Source of the DNA: Paramecium tetraurelia
Lineage: Eukaryota
Direction: 5' to 3'
Length of the DNA stretch: 64,000 nt
Assembly (NCBI GenBank): GCA_000165425.1
Contig: CT868518.1
Location: forward strand, 186,001 to 250,000
This document shows, piece by piece, positions 1-12,000 of the stretch. The notes below the pieces were generated by a model, which ran no database searches, had not been told where the DNA came from, and worked only from the letters and a program-made list of their open reading frames with translations. The stretch's first letter is position 1. Every line of letters starts with the position of its first letter. The position numbers were made by a program, and so were the translations under genes.

Positions 1-49
1 CAGAGTGTTCAATGGTGAAATGTCGCTTGGAATAAATGATAACATATGA
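1..49 (+). CDS. Possible 3' end of a gene beginning upstream of the window
   Basis: Frame from position 2 reads RVFNGEMSLGINDNI and ends at TGA 47-49; too short to identify. Confidence 0.3.
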   Translation, partial: RVFNGEMSLGINDNI

Positions 50-394
50 TACCTAATTGAATTATTGTGAAGATTCAATTATACTAATTAAATACATTCT
101 GCTAAACAATCAATTTTCTCAATCTTTTAATTGCTAAGATCTAGGTCGAATATGGTATTGATTTCAAATGTGTTGGATATAGTTTTAATTATTTCTAAAT
201 AAGTAAATAAGTAAAGATAATACATAGATTAAGATTGCCTTATAAATTGAAATCTTGAGTTTATTTGAGATCGCGATATTTATTAATATCAATGGACGCA
301 GTATTCATTCCTAAATATTTAGATTTATTCGGATTTGGCCGTACATCAGAATTTTAATGATTGTTTTTATCATATTTCATTATATATTTATTAT

Positions 395-999
395 TCACTT
401 ATCAAACCATAACAATTATTCCTTTCTCTCTTTCTCGGCTATGAATGAATCAAATTCGGCTTTAATTGCAGAAAAGTCTTCACCTTTATAAGTGACCTAC
501 AAGGCAAGAGCAGGAGATGTATCTTTGATACCATCCACTTTATTCTTATGTCTGTGTGCAGGTGATTTGGCAGGATCCACAGCTTTTGGGATAATAGCTC
601 CGCTCAATTTTGACACTCTCACAGGTGTGCCATCCTCTAAAAACCCTCTTTGAACCTAATCCTATAGTGTATTTATACTTTGGTTGGTTTGCCTTTTTCA
701 GGATCAATGAGTGCTATTTTACTTAGATGAAGGGGTCTAGTGATTTGCTGAATACCCGAGCCTGAGGGATCATCTAACTAGGCCTTTCTTTTGAATTTCT
801 AGTTGATTCCTTGGACGAGCACTTCATTTGATTTACGATAAACTCTCAAAACTGTTCCTGTTTTTCCAGAATCCTTTCCTGAGACAACAACGACTTTGTC
901 ACCTTTGATCACATTCCATTTTTCAAATGTGATTTGCTTAGCGAATTGGGCAATGGGTGTCTGTCGATTTAGATAGAGTGTAGAGAGTGCTTTTAACAT
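395..999 (-). CDS. MRPL24: Mitochondrial ribosomal protein uL24m
   Basis: KOW motif [23 protein letters not shown]...VLVQGIN; later DGTPVRVSK and [12 protein letters not shown]; 23-nt intron at 656-678; TGA at 395-397; basic presequence-like N-terminus. Confidence 0.9.
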
Positions 1000-1044
1000 A
1001 AATAATTAATTAACTATAACATTTTTTGTTTTTTAAATTAAGCG
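1000..1044. promoter_or_regulatory. Putative compact bidirectional promoter (uL24m / kinesin-14)
   Basis: Only 45 bp of very AT-rich DNA lie between the divergent ATGs. Confidence 0.5.
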
Positions 1045-3085
1045 ATGAGTTATTCGAACAAGGAGAATATAGATGATACTTAGATATTGATAGACCAGGA
1101 TGAAGTGCTTGAATTCGTGAAGCAAATGAAAATGATGAATAAACAATTTATTTCGCAAATCAAACAGCTTATTCGAGAGAAAGAGGAATACAAATTTTTG
1201 ATTCAGGAACTACAATGTCAATTGCAAAGGAAGAGTGACCAATTACAGCAGTAAGAGATGATAATCTAGGAGTGCGAACTATAGGTAGCATTTGTATAGG
1301 TTATTGTAGTTAGAGTCATGCAGGTCGAATTATGAAGAACAAGTTAATCGGTTAGAAGCAGAGTTGAAATTAAATTAAATGGTGTTCTAAATTGAATTGA
1401 GTCAGTAGAAATAGGAGATTGTGGATCTGAGTGATAAATTGAAAAGCACTCAATAAGGCTACTCGACCACTGTGGCTACTTCATTTTTATAAACATCTTT
1501 CAATTAGAAATAGGATAGTCTGTTCAAAGTATGATTAATTAATAAATTTAGGACAGTCACACATTAGAGAGTGTGGGACAGACTGAAGGAGACTAGAGCA
1601 TAATGTCCAATAAAAACAAAGGTTAGAGGATGATGTTGAAGATAATGCAAGATCCCATAACTAACTTAAAGAAACAGAAGGAGCTAATTAAGCGGGAAAT
1701 TACTTAATGGTAAGATGAGTTTCTTAGGAAAGAAGGTAGACCACCATCCTTTAATGATAAATAATCGATTAGTACCAAGTTTTATCAATATACTATTTTG
1801 AAGAAGCAGTTGAATGATCGCAGTACTATCATTTAAGATAGCACAGATTGCAAGAATGTTGGAGTTCAATGCAATTTGATAGATGCATCATAGATCATTT
1901 AAATGCAAGAACTATTGAGACAGAAAACTCATGAGATCAGGAGATTGAGTTTTTAATTAGAAGATTTGAAGGGGAAGGTGAAGGTCTACTGTAGAGTGAG
2001 ACCTTCGAACAGTTCAGATAAACTAAAAGGTATTAAATTTTAATACAAATTAGATTGCGAAGTCTAATTCATAGACGAGTAGCATATCTCATTAAAATAG
2101 AAAATATTCAACTTTGACATCTGCTTTAATCAATAATCTACATAGTAAGACATGTATGAGGAGATATAGTAATCTCTTCAGGCCATATTCCATGGTTTTA
2201 ATTTGTGCATTTTTGCTTATGGTTAAACTGGTAGTGGCAAGACATACACTATGTTTGGGACAAAACAATAACCAGGAGTCATTCCTAATTTAATAGAAGA
2301 AATCTATACTTACATCAAAAGAAGCAATCTAGAGTGTTCAATCATAGTAAATTCTCTTGAGATTTACAAGGAGAATATTATCGACTTACTGAATGACTAA
2401 TAAGGATATCAGAGTTTGGAACTTAAAGAGAATCTTAATGGCTAGGTCTTTGTTCAAAATCTAACCAACATTAAAGTATAAAATATGCACGAACTAATGA
2501 ACTTGATTGAGTTTGCATCCTCCAGAAGAAAATAAGGTTTAACAGAAATGAATGACTCCAGTTCAAGATCTCATATGTGCACTTAACTTATTGTTGAAAC
2601 TTTTAATAAAATTACTTAATAAGTATGCTATTAGATTGATTTTAGAAATTCATTAGTAGGGTTAATTTAATCGATTTGGCTGGCTCAGAAAGGTGCAACA
2701 AATCAAGACTTAAACCAAATCAATTGGAAGAAGCTAAATTCATCAATAAAAGTCTCTCTGCTCTTAATGATGTGATGATTGCTCTATCAACAAAGAGTAG
2801 TTTCATCCCATACAGGAATAGTAAACTCACATACTTAATGAGGGATTGCTTGGGAGGAAATGTATTTTTAATTTATCATTGTAGTCAAAAACAATCATGA
2901 TCATAAACATTTCGCCTTCCTTTATTAACTTGGATGAGTCCTTAAGTTCATTGTAATATGGGTCGAAAGTTAAATAAATAACCAATTAACCAATTAAGAA
3001 TGTTGAACCAGCGGAATAATTAAAAAAATTATAAAAAGTATGTAGTTAGCATGATGAAAGTGCGTAATTAAGATAATAAAAGTGA
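1045..3085 (+). CDS. Kinesin-14 family (C-terminal motor) kinesin
   Basis: N-terminal coiled coil followed by DLKGKVKVYCRVRP, P-loop FAYGQTGSGKTYTM (Q is TAA), SSRSH, LIDLAGSER and IPYRNSKLTYLM; several short introns; TGA at 3083-3085. Confidence 0.93.
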
Positions 3086-3097
3086 TTTATTTTATAT

Positions 3098-4224
3098 ATG
3101 CAATAATCTCAATACTAGATCTGAGTATTAGGTAGTGCAAATTCTCATCATTTCCTTGAAGTTAAAGACTTTCCTGAAGAAGTAGAGACTCTTGCTTCTA
3201 ATGGATTTCAGAATTCATTCCTATAAGAAATCTTATTTAAAAACAAGGAGGCAAGGGAGCCAATCAAGGTGTAGCATCGGCATGACTTAATATTCCAAGA
3301 TTATATTTGCTCGTCAATTTGGAAAGGATGAACTAGGTTAATTGTTAGTCAAGGATTAGAAGCATCAGGAGTTAATTTAACAGCATTAAGAAAAGTAGAT
3401 CAATGAATAGGATAGGCTATAATCTTTTAAATAGAAGTGGAAAACTTAATCATTATAGTTGCAGGAGCAAATGGTTTATAGGTCATTTGATGATTTACTA
3501 TAGGAATACTACTAAGCAATTGAATATTGAAATCTATTGTAATTATGGATGGAAGTGCCACAATCAATTTATATCTTTAATATCTAAAGACTTATACTAA
3601 TTCATAGATGAATTAAAATCATAAGATTACAGTATTGGATTGTGGAAGAAAAGAAGAGAGGTTAAAAAGGGATTTTCTTTAAAATTTGACTATTTTAAGC
3701 AAGAACGAAACAGAATTTAAATATGTTGGCAAGTCCAAATATTGTAGAGTCTAAATTTCTATAAAGATATTTCTAAGGTTTCTTACAAAAACTATTCATG
3801 AAAAGATCTTCACTCGTTATCAAGATTGAATTCTACTATCAAATTGAAGTATACTTATAACTTAAAATTACAGTGTGAGATGTCAAACGGCAACACAATT
3901 AAGTCGTTATTTTAATTTAACTTTAAGATCCTAATATCTTAGAAGAATATAAAATTGTTGATTATATACGAGCTGGAGAATGCTTCACTTAAGCTTGCAT
4001 TGTCTATTTTATAGATCGATAATTGAGTTAGGTCCTGCCAGAATTTCAAATAATGATTGTTTAATAATTTTCTAGATTTAAGAAAAATAGATATTGGGAC
4101 CCAAAGAATTTATTCTATAATGCTATGCATTTTTATGCATTATTAACAATGTAAAATGATAATGATGTCATCAATGCCAGAGGTTAAGACAGTTGACAAT
4201 TTTATTAAGAAGGATTTCTCTTGA
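3098..4224 (+). pseudogene. Ribokinase (PfkB family) pseudogene
   Basis: VLGSAN, GGKGANQ (3247-3267) and KNETE remnants; in-frame TGA at 3122-3124 and 3283-3285; the catalytic DTxGAGD motif is eroded to DYIRAGE (3960-3980). Confidence 0.8.
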
Positions 4225-4260
4225 ATTAAAAATTATAATATAACAACAATATAGAATATT

Positions 4261-6250
4261 ATGTTTGAAGGCATTTATACAGAAACTTTGAAGGATAAGT
4301 TTACTCTTTCTCCTTTTGAAAAGTACAGTAAATATGGCAGATTTCCTTTCAAGTTTCTGATATCTTGCGCTCTAGTGTTCATGACCACATTTTAAGTAAT
4401 ATTGATCTCTGAACATTACACATATAATAGTTCAGGACAAATAATTTAATTTGGTATTGTAACTAAATAGATTAATAGTGGCATTGCTATTGAATCCAGA
4501 TGAACCTATGAATAATAAAATTACATTACTTACAATTGAAGACTTTTAAGATTCTCTGAATAACACACTTAACAACCTCGCTAATATTGATGATATCACA
4601 GCTTAGAAAACTACTATTTTAGGCGAAACTTTCTTTTAGATTAATTACAACTATCCTTATTAGGCATATAGGTTTGATTACCATTTTGTACGAAATTTGA
4701 CTTTGGGAGAACCCTTGCTTGATCCCTTCAATTTGGAGGATGATGATTAAATTCGTGATTTTTGGACTAATGCTTATGAATTGACACTAACAGTCAATAA
4801 AGTCAAAGTGGAATCATAATAACGAACTGCTTGTTGGGATATATAAATTACATATTAGTTTATAAATTATGGATATATTGATGCTATCATTTCATCTATA
4901 GGTGGAATTTGTGCTGACAACAGGGAAGAAGCACATGGATCGGCATTTAATAGTATTGCACTAAAAATAGACAATTTGTTATTGTAATTGAGTATCATTT
5001 TATTGGCATTGGTTGATGTTTGTTTGGGAGTCAAATACATATATGAAGTCATTGAGATGTATACAAATAATATTTCAAAATTGAAGAAGCAGAGGAAGTT
5101 AAAAGTCCCAGATTATAAATTGTATAAAAATTAGAATCTCACAACTTTAAAGATCATTTTGACTGAGTAAAAGCCTTGGGAGTAGTTAACAATAAAGGAG
5201 AAATTGTTATTTTTTGATTTATTTTTGCCAATAAGAATATTAGGAAATATCCTTTAATTGATATCAGCTGGTATACTAGTATCTGAGACTTTCATAAGAG
5301 TGGACGGTCTATCATAATATGATGAATTGATGGCTGGGTTAGGATGCTTTTTTGCCTGGTTTTCTATAGTGAAGTACTTGGATTATTATGAAGAATTGCA
5401 CTTGATTGCCTCTGTATTGGAATCCTCGATAATTCCAGTTTGTATGGCTATTTTGAATTTCTTGCCAGTGTTTTTAGGATATGCATTATTGGGGATGTGC
5501 TTATTTAGTGATTCTCATTAATTCGTGAGTTTGTCGTCTTCAATAAATGCTCTATTCTCATTAATTTATGGAGACTCAATATCTGATGTGGCTCGGGATA
5601 GTTCAAGAGGAGTCAGTTTAGAAGTGTCGTTGATTTACATAGTTACATATATTTTATTATTCTTATTCGCAGTGCACAACATCATGGTGGCTTTGATTAA
5701 GGAGTAGTTGGAAATTCGTAGGGATTTAATATTTCAGGAGAAGGAGTTGATGAATCAGTTGGATCTTAGTAATAACTATCAGTATCAAATGTATTTGTCA
5801 TAGAAGATGAAACAATCCGCAGCAATGAACAGGAGTGTGATGAAGGACGATTTCAGTTCAATATTGCAATCCTAATCAGGGAGTAATTAGCAGTAGTAGA
5901 TGAACAAGCAAATATCTTTGAAGTCAATAACGAAATTGGCGATGATGTAGAAGCAGATGCAGGAGGATGTATCTAAATAGGATATGGAGAAGAATTGGAA
6001 GGAAATATGCAAGGAGGAGATGTAAAACCATTACATTTACAATATTTTGATATCAACAATAAGTGAGACCAAGAATATCCTGAGTAATGTGGAGTTGGAG
6101 TTATGGAATGACATTGATTCTAGTCCATTTACTGTGATTGACAAGAAGGAGATAATCACTCTGTACTGTTCTTAGTTGATTAGGAAACATCAGAAAATGA
6201 GGAAAATCTTTGATAAAACAAAGTAAATAAGCTAAAATTTGAAACCATGA
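4261..6250 (+). CDS. Mucolipin/TRPML-like cation channel
   Basis: N-terminal SPFEKYSKYGRFPFK (mucolipin-type); S4-S6 region GLGCFFAWFSIVKYLDYY, FLGYALLGMCLF, pore LFSLIYGD, IYIVTYILLF; TGA at 6248-6250. Confidence 0.85.
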
Positions 6251-6280
6251 AATGAGTATAATTATTAATAATTAGTATTT

Positions 6281-7123
6281 TCAACATGGAATATTTTCTC
6301 TTCTTGCTTATTGTTTGGTCAAGCAGAACTTAACTTTGAGTTTTTTGGAGGGGGATTGTGTATTTAGTTAACTGCCTAGTTGCAAACTGCAAAAACTGAG
6401 TCTACTTGAATTGAGAGATGATGGATTTTTCAGGATGCTTTTTGGAGTGCTGATTGATCTTTGTGAATTAGATTTGTCTGATAGTTCTAATTGAAGCAAG
6501 GAGGACTTAGGATTGTTTCTATTAACCTTATTAATGATTTAGTTTCTCGATTATCTTAATAAATATTGCTGATTATATTGATTCATAGTATTGCTCACTA
6601 ATTTCGACCTTTCCTTTCTGGTTTCTGAGAGTTGATTGTTCGACTCTTACTTTTGGCCAAGATGCAATTCTAAATTAGAATTATAAGAATCATTGGAATA
6701 GTATGAAAACTAAGATCTTTTTTTTGAGGTGAATCTATTGGGTACAGAAGGGGAAGGAGCTTCCTTGTTCAATTAAGAGAACTTGGATGACGCATATTGG
6801 TGTTCATTTTTAGAGTCTCCTTAATCCAAATGTATTTTGGGTATGGCATCCTATAATGAGGAAGTGTTATTGGAAATGGTGGATTATTATTGTGATGGTT
6901 GAGCAGGTTTAGTGCTTGATGACTGTTGTTCAGTGATAAGATTCAGAATATGCTGTCTTTTGTAAGAAATCTCACGTTTAAAGTGGTATTTTTGTTTGCT
7001 CAATAACCAATCCATCTTTTGATCTAGACCCAGTTCTTCAGGTTCATTGATATCTTTGAGATCTAAATCATCTTTCATCATTCCAGAAGCGTGTTTTTAT
7101 TTCTATCGATTGCGAAAGGACAT
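6281..7123 (-). CDS. Hypothetical protein (~280 aa, S/Q/K-rich)
   Basis: ATG 7123 is in frame with TGA 6281-6283 under table 6 and contains ORF 6887-7081; no recognisable domain. Confidence 0.65.
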
Positions 7124-7138
7124 TTTATTTAATTAATT

Positions 7139-7479
7139 ATGTTTGAGGAGTAAGATTATAAAATTAAAGAAAAGCAATCAATATCAATCTGCTAATTAAT
7201 TGTGTGATATTATTACAATTCGACTTAAAGTGATCGTGATATCCAAGTAGGTTTGTTAGACATATTGTAAGAAAAGCCTTGAATTTTAATTGATTATAAA
7301 AATTAGTGGAGAATTTTATATGATAAAGTGAACATGTTGACGTTTGTAGTTACTCTGTAGACAAAGACACTTTAGAGGAATAGGAAATAGAAACAAGTAT
7401 CAATGAGGGTGTAATGATGAATGCAGGATGAAGAATGGATGAAATCCAAATGAATGTATAGAAATTGCTCATAAAATGA
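7139..7479 (+). pseudogene. Possible decayed gene remnant
   Basis: ATG at 7139 (MFEEQDYKIKEK) and later coding-like TLEEQEIETSINEG...MDEIQMNVQKLLIK, interrupted by TGAs. Confidence 0.3.
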
Positions 7480-7574
7480 AATTTAATTAGTGCTTATTGT
7501 TATTTAATATTTTTAACATAGATTGGATTTATATATGAATAAACAAATAAAATTTAATTATTAAAAATCTTTTT

Positions 7575-9023
7575 ATGGCTAACTTACCACAACAACAATA
7601 TTCAACACCTTCGAATTTACCTTCCTACAACAGAGATCCATCCACTTACCAATAACCTACACTAGGATAATAACAAATTCCTTAGAGCAATTATCAACCT
7701 CAACAATCTAGCGATAAAGGATTACAATATCTGCCTTAACAAATAGGTGGGTTGCCATAAAATGCATAACCATAACAATAACAATTGTATGGTCAACCAC
7801 AATTTGGACTTATCGGATAGCCGATCACTCAACAACCAGTATTTGGGCAATCTTAAATTTAATAACTTCCCCCACAAACAACTGAAACCCAATAAGGATA
7901 ATTAGTTAAGGGATAGTCAAGAATCGAGTACATCCCATATGAGAGAACAATAACCGAATACGAAGAAGTGAGAAGACAAGTGCAAGTACCCATCACCAAA
8001 TAAATCACTGACTATTATGCAGTCCAATATGACATCGAATACATTCCCCAAGTAATTCAAGAGAAACAGATAGAATACGTCCCAGTTGAGAGAGTGGCAG
8101 AGAGAACAGAATATTACACTGTTGAAAGATAGAATGTGATACAACAAGTAAGATTGAATCATAAACTTAGCCAATCGGATATTAATCATAATAAGTCTAA
8201 ACATCAGCCACCTATACTCCAGTGCAAACACAACTCTTGAGTCAACAATACGCACAATATGTTCAACCTCAATAAACCCTAGCATACCAATAGCCAGTCT
8301 AAGTGCAACAACAATATCAAACCAGAGAAGTCATTCAACAACCAATAGCCCAATAATCCTATGTCCAATAAAGAGAAGTAGTACCACAACAACAAATCCA
8401 ACAGTCAGTAGCATTGCAACCAACTCTGCCAACCACACAATATGTTCCACAATAACAATATCAAACCATCCAAAACACACAAACTGTTCAACCTTAATTA
8501 TAAATTGCTTAAGTATTTACTTATCCATAATCGTAGACTGTCCCCTTGAATTATGGTCAATCAATATAAGCTCAACAACCTGTCAATCCAGCCATCTAAA
8601 CAAATGCTCCCGTTAATCAAGGTTACTCCATTCCAGCCACTCAAGTTAATTAGGGTTATTCCATTCCAGCCACTCAAGTTAATCAAGGATATTCAATTCC
8701 ATCCACTCAATAGCCAGTCTATGGACAACAATCCCTTGGTCCTCAATAGCCTAAAACCTAATAGCCTCTAACTCAAACTACACAATACAATCCTTAATTG
8801 TAACAGACTGTGGCACCATCTTAAGTATCTATTCAACAATATTCATCAGTTCGCTTAATCTGTTCCTTAACAATAGTAACAACAATCAATCCCTCAAGAT
8901 ATGGGAAGAACTAGACCCTATCAATAGGCTCCATTGCCTCAATAACCATCCTAACCACAATAGGCTGGCACTGCTTAGAAATCAAATAAAGAAAAGTCAT
9001 TCTTGGAGAAGTTGTTCGATTGA
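7575..9023 (+). CDS. Epiplasmin (ciliate cortical epiplasm protein) with long Q/P/Y-rich flanks
   Basis: Core SRIEYIPYERTITEYEEVRRQVQVPITKQITDYYAVQYDIEYIPQVIQEKQIEYVPVERVAERTEYYTVERQ; 23-nt and 25-nt introns restore frame; ends KEKSFLEKLFD then TGA 9021-9023. Confidence 0.85.
8612..8710 (+). repeat. 3 x 33-nt coding tandem repeat, VNQGYSIP(A/S)TQ
   Basis: Three near-identical GTTAATCAAGGTTACTCCATTCCAGCCACTCAA units inside the epiplasmin gene; CAA and TAG interchange at the Gln codon. Confidence 0.9.
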
Positions 9024-9064
9024 TTAAATTTGCATAAAAAAATACATAAATATAATTAAAATAT

Positions 9065-12000
9065 ATGAATTATCTTTTTATAATAGGCTCTTTGATAGTA
9101 TATTCAATTTTTGGTGAATTAATATTGCTCACAAAAGGAGATCATTATCATGAGATTTGCGATATAAACAAGCATGATTTTTACACAGATTGTGATGAGA
9201 ATTCCATTTACATCCAGGAACATAAAGTTAATGAATAAATTCAATAACTATAAAAAAATGAAATCGAACAAGTACTATCACATCATTATATTTTAGATTC
9301 TCTACTATCCAAATGATTAGAATACCATACTTATCCTGGAAAAGAATGGCAAAATTACCATCCTCTTTAAGGATAACCAACAATTCAATTCCCCCTTTAA
9401 AGAATTGGGAACAATCGATCTCAACACTAAAACTCTGCCTGATTTTACCTGTAGCGACATGACTCAATACTCCCTTGATATTTTCATGGCTGTCTGTAGA
9501 TCAGATAATGATATCTACATTTCCAAAATTGAATGCATAGCTGAAGAAAATAAATATTTATCAGGTTGCTCCTCACAATTGTTCTTAGACACAGATCAAC
9601 TCAACAACTGTGATAATTTAAATATCATCACTGAGAGTTCCTGGAGAGTCAAAGATCCTGAGTACTTTAGCATCTATTGTTCTTCCCAAGAGAATTTCCA
9701 AATCACCAAATAGCTCTTGATTGGTAAATTCAACAATCAAGCTAATTCTATAAAGATGGTTCAATTCAAAAGTCCTATCAATGAGATTGAAAAGGTCTCT
9801 TTTTTCGATGACAACACTCTCATGATATTAGATCATCGATCAGGATTGCATGTATACAGATTTACATTCACAGATGATGGGGAAGTCATGTATGAACAAT
9901 TATTATGGTAATTATTTTTACCCAATGAATTGTTTTATGCACTCAGCTACTCACATGAACAATATGCCATCAGATTCCCACCCTTAGGAATCATTGAAAA
10001 TGACATCCAATACAGCATTGTGATACTGAGTGATCACTTTATCTATGAGTTGGCCTTACCTCAAAAATCTAAAGACTTCTTCTTTACCACACTATCCATT
10101 AATGACAAAATTAATCTCAACTCCATACTTAACCGTAAGTAAATCAAGAAGGCCTAGATTTAATACGATGAACAGTTCTATTATACTTGCTTTACCTACA
10201 TCCAAAATTCCATTGAATGTTACAGAATTAATAGACATCAATCCTACACTGAAAAATTATTGCTTCAAAATAATTACCAACATCCTATGCTATTGACTTA
10301 CCCTGTCTCATTCTCCACGATAACTGGACAAACCAACATACTGATAACTCAGCAGGTGAATCAAACTCATGCCATTCTGTCTCTAATTAAAAATGAAATA
10401 GAGAGATTAACTGTAGTGTCCACCTCAAATGAAGAGTTTCTTTGTTCTATCATATATAAAAACATGAACAATCAGAATGTCACGCTCATGATTTATAATC
10501 AGCAATTCGAAAGCACAAATGTATTCAAAATAGACCATCTACAAAATTACAATTTTCCCAATACTGATTCGACTGTCCTTTATTCGACCCTAATAAGGGG
10601 GCCTGCCACAATACTTTCACCCAAAAGCGATAAGAAAAGTAAGTATCAATAATATATTAGATTAGATGTTGAAGTCATAAGCCTTTCTGGCTTTGGATAT
10701 GAAATGTGGGAAGACTTATATTAACACTTTATATAGCATTCTCGCATCCCCATTAAATCATTCTTAGATAAAGGATTCAGAACTATATTCTTGTAAATCG
10801 ATTAGGTGAAGATGATTATTCAATAGGAGATACCTAATACAAATTATTTTACTTAGAAGATCTACTCTTTGGATTGCTCATCAGTCAATATTGTAAAGAA
10901 TATAGTCAGCATTTCACCATATTACATAATATTCTATTAAAAAACCACTTATTACACTGTCTTGAAAATAAAGAGAGTGGAAGAGGGTGTTGTAGATTTT
11001 GATTGTTAGAATATAGAGTATAGCCTCTTCGATCAGCAGTACGAAGTCTTTGTAGATCTAGATTATATCAATTTGTTTTTCAGCACAAACAACACCATAT
11101 ATTACACTGATATTTACTTTAAAAACATAATAACAATTGAAATTGATCGTAAATTTAGACAATTGAATTTTCAATTTTTAAAGAATGATCTCATTATCGG
11201 AAGTCACCAGAATAAGTTATATTAGATTCAACTGACGAATCAATTCAAAGTCAATCATTTTAAGACAATCATTGTAGAAATAGAGTTGGGATAAATGACT
11301 CATAATTTCAAATTCTTTGTGTTGTAACTTAAAAAACCAATACTGACACTTGTTATCGTAGATGATAGAATAACACTCTACACAATCGATAATTTATAAG
11401 ATATTAAATTTGATTCATTGTTACCCTAATTCAATAGCATAATCAACGCAAATGAAACCTATATCAATTATTATATGCTAATAGTGCCAACCAATAAGCC
11501 AAATGAATTGTATGTCTATGACTTGTCCAAGACTGGATCAGATAGATTACATGCAATCCACAAATATTCTATTTTGTCAGAACCTATAACCATCTGCTAC
11601 CCAAAAATGCAGACCTTCCTATACTGTCTGTAGTTCACAAATGCTGATATCAATTGCTACTTTAATAAAATGCTTGAATTTGAACTAATTGCCTCTGATC
11701 CAACCAATATTGACAACCAATTCTCTGTGGCCATCAATGCCTAATCTGCATTAAGCTACAGTGTCTAAAGTACTATTTTATTAAAATTTATAGAGACCCT
11801 GACGATCAATGGCAGTTTTAGGTATTAGGATACAATGATCGAGAAGAGTGTAAAGAAATTGCCAGAAATTGAAATCTACAAGACCGACTTCACGACTTCA
11901 TTAAAGATTATGGATTACTATTCAGGTCCTATTTTCAATTATTAATTGTAAAATGCTAAGGAATTCAATATTAAAATGGTGCCCTTTATCTGGGAATAGG

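Noticed and set aside
3122..3285. In-frame TGA as selenocysteine or Cys/Trp recoding in the ribokinase
   Set aside because: Catalytic motifs are also degraded, and TGA is the normal stop in every other gene here.
7917..8285. 122-aa minus-strand ORF, and similar antisense ORFs (14266, 14876, 21976, 32028, 38245, 57397)
   Set aside because: These are shadow frames opposite well-supported genes and carry no motifs.
8612..8710. 33-nt direct repeats resembling a CRISPR array
   Set aside because: The units are contiguous with no spacers, in frame within a coding region with mostly synonymous variation, and no cas genes are present.
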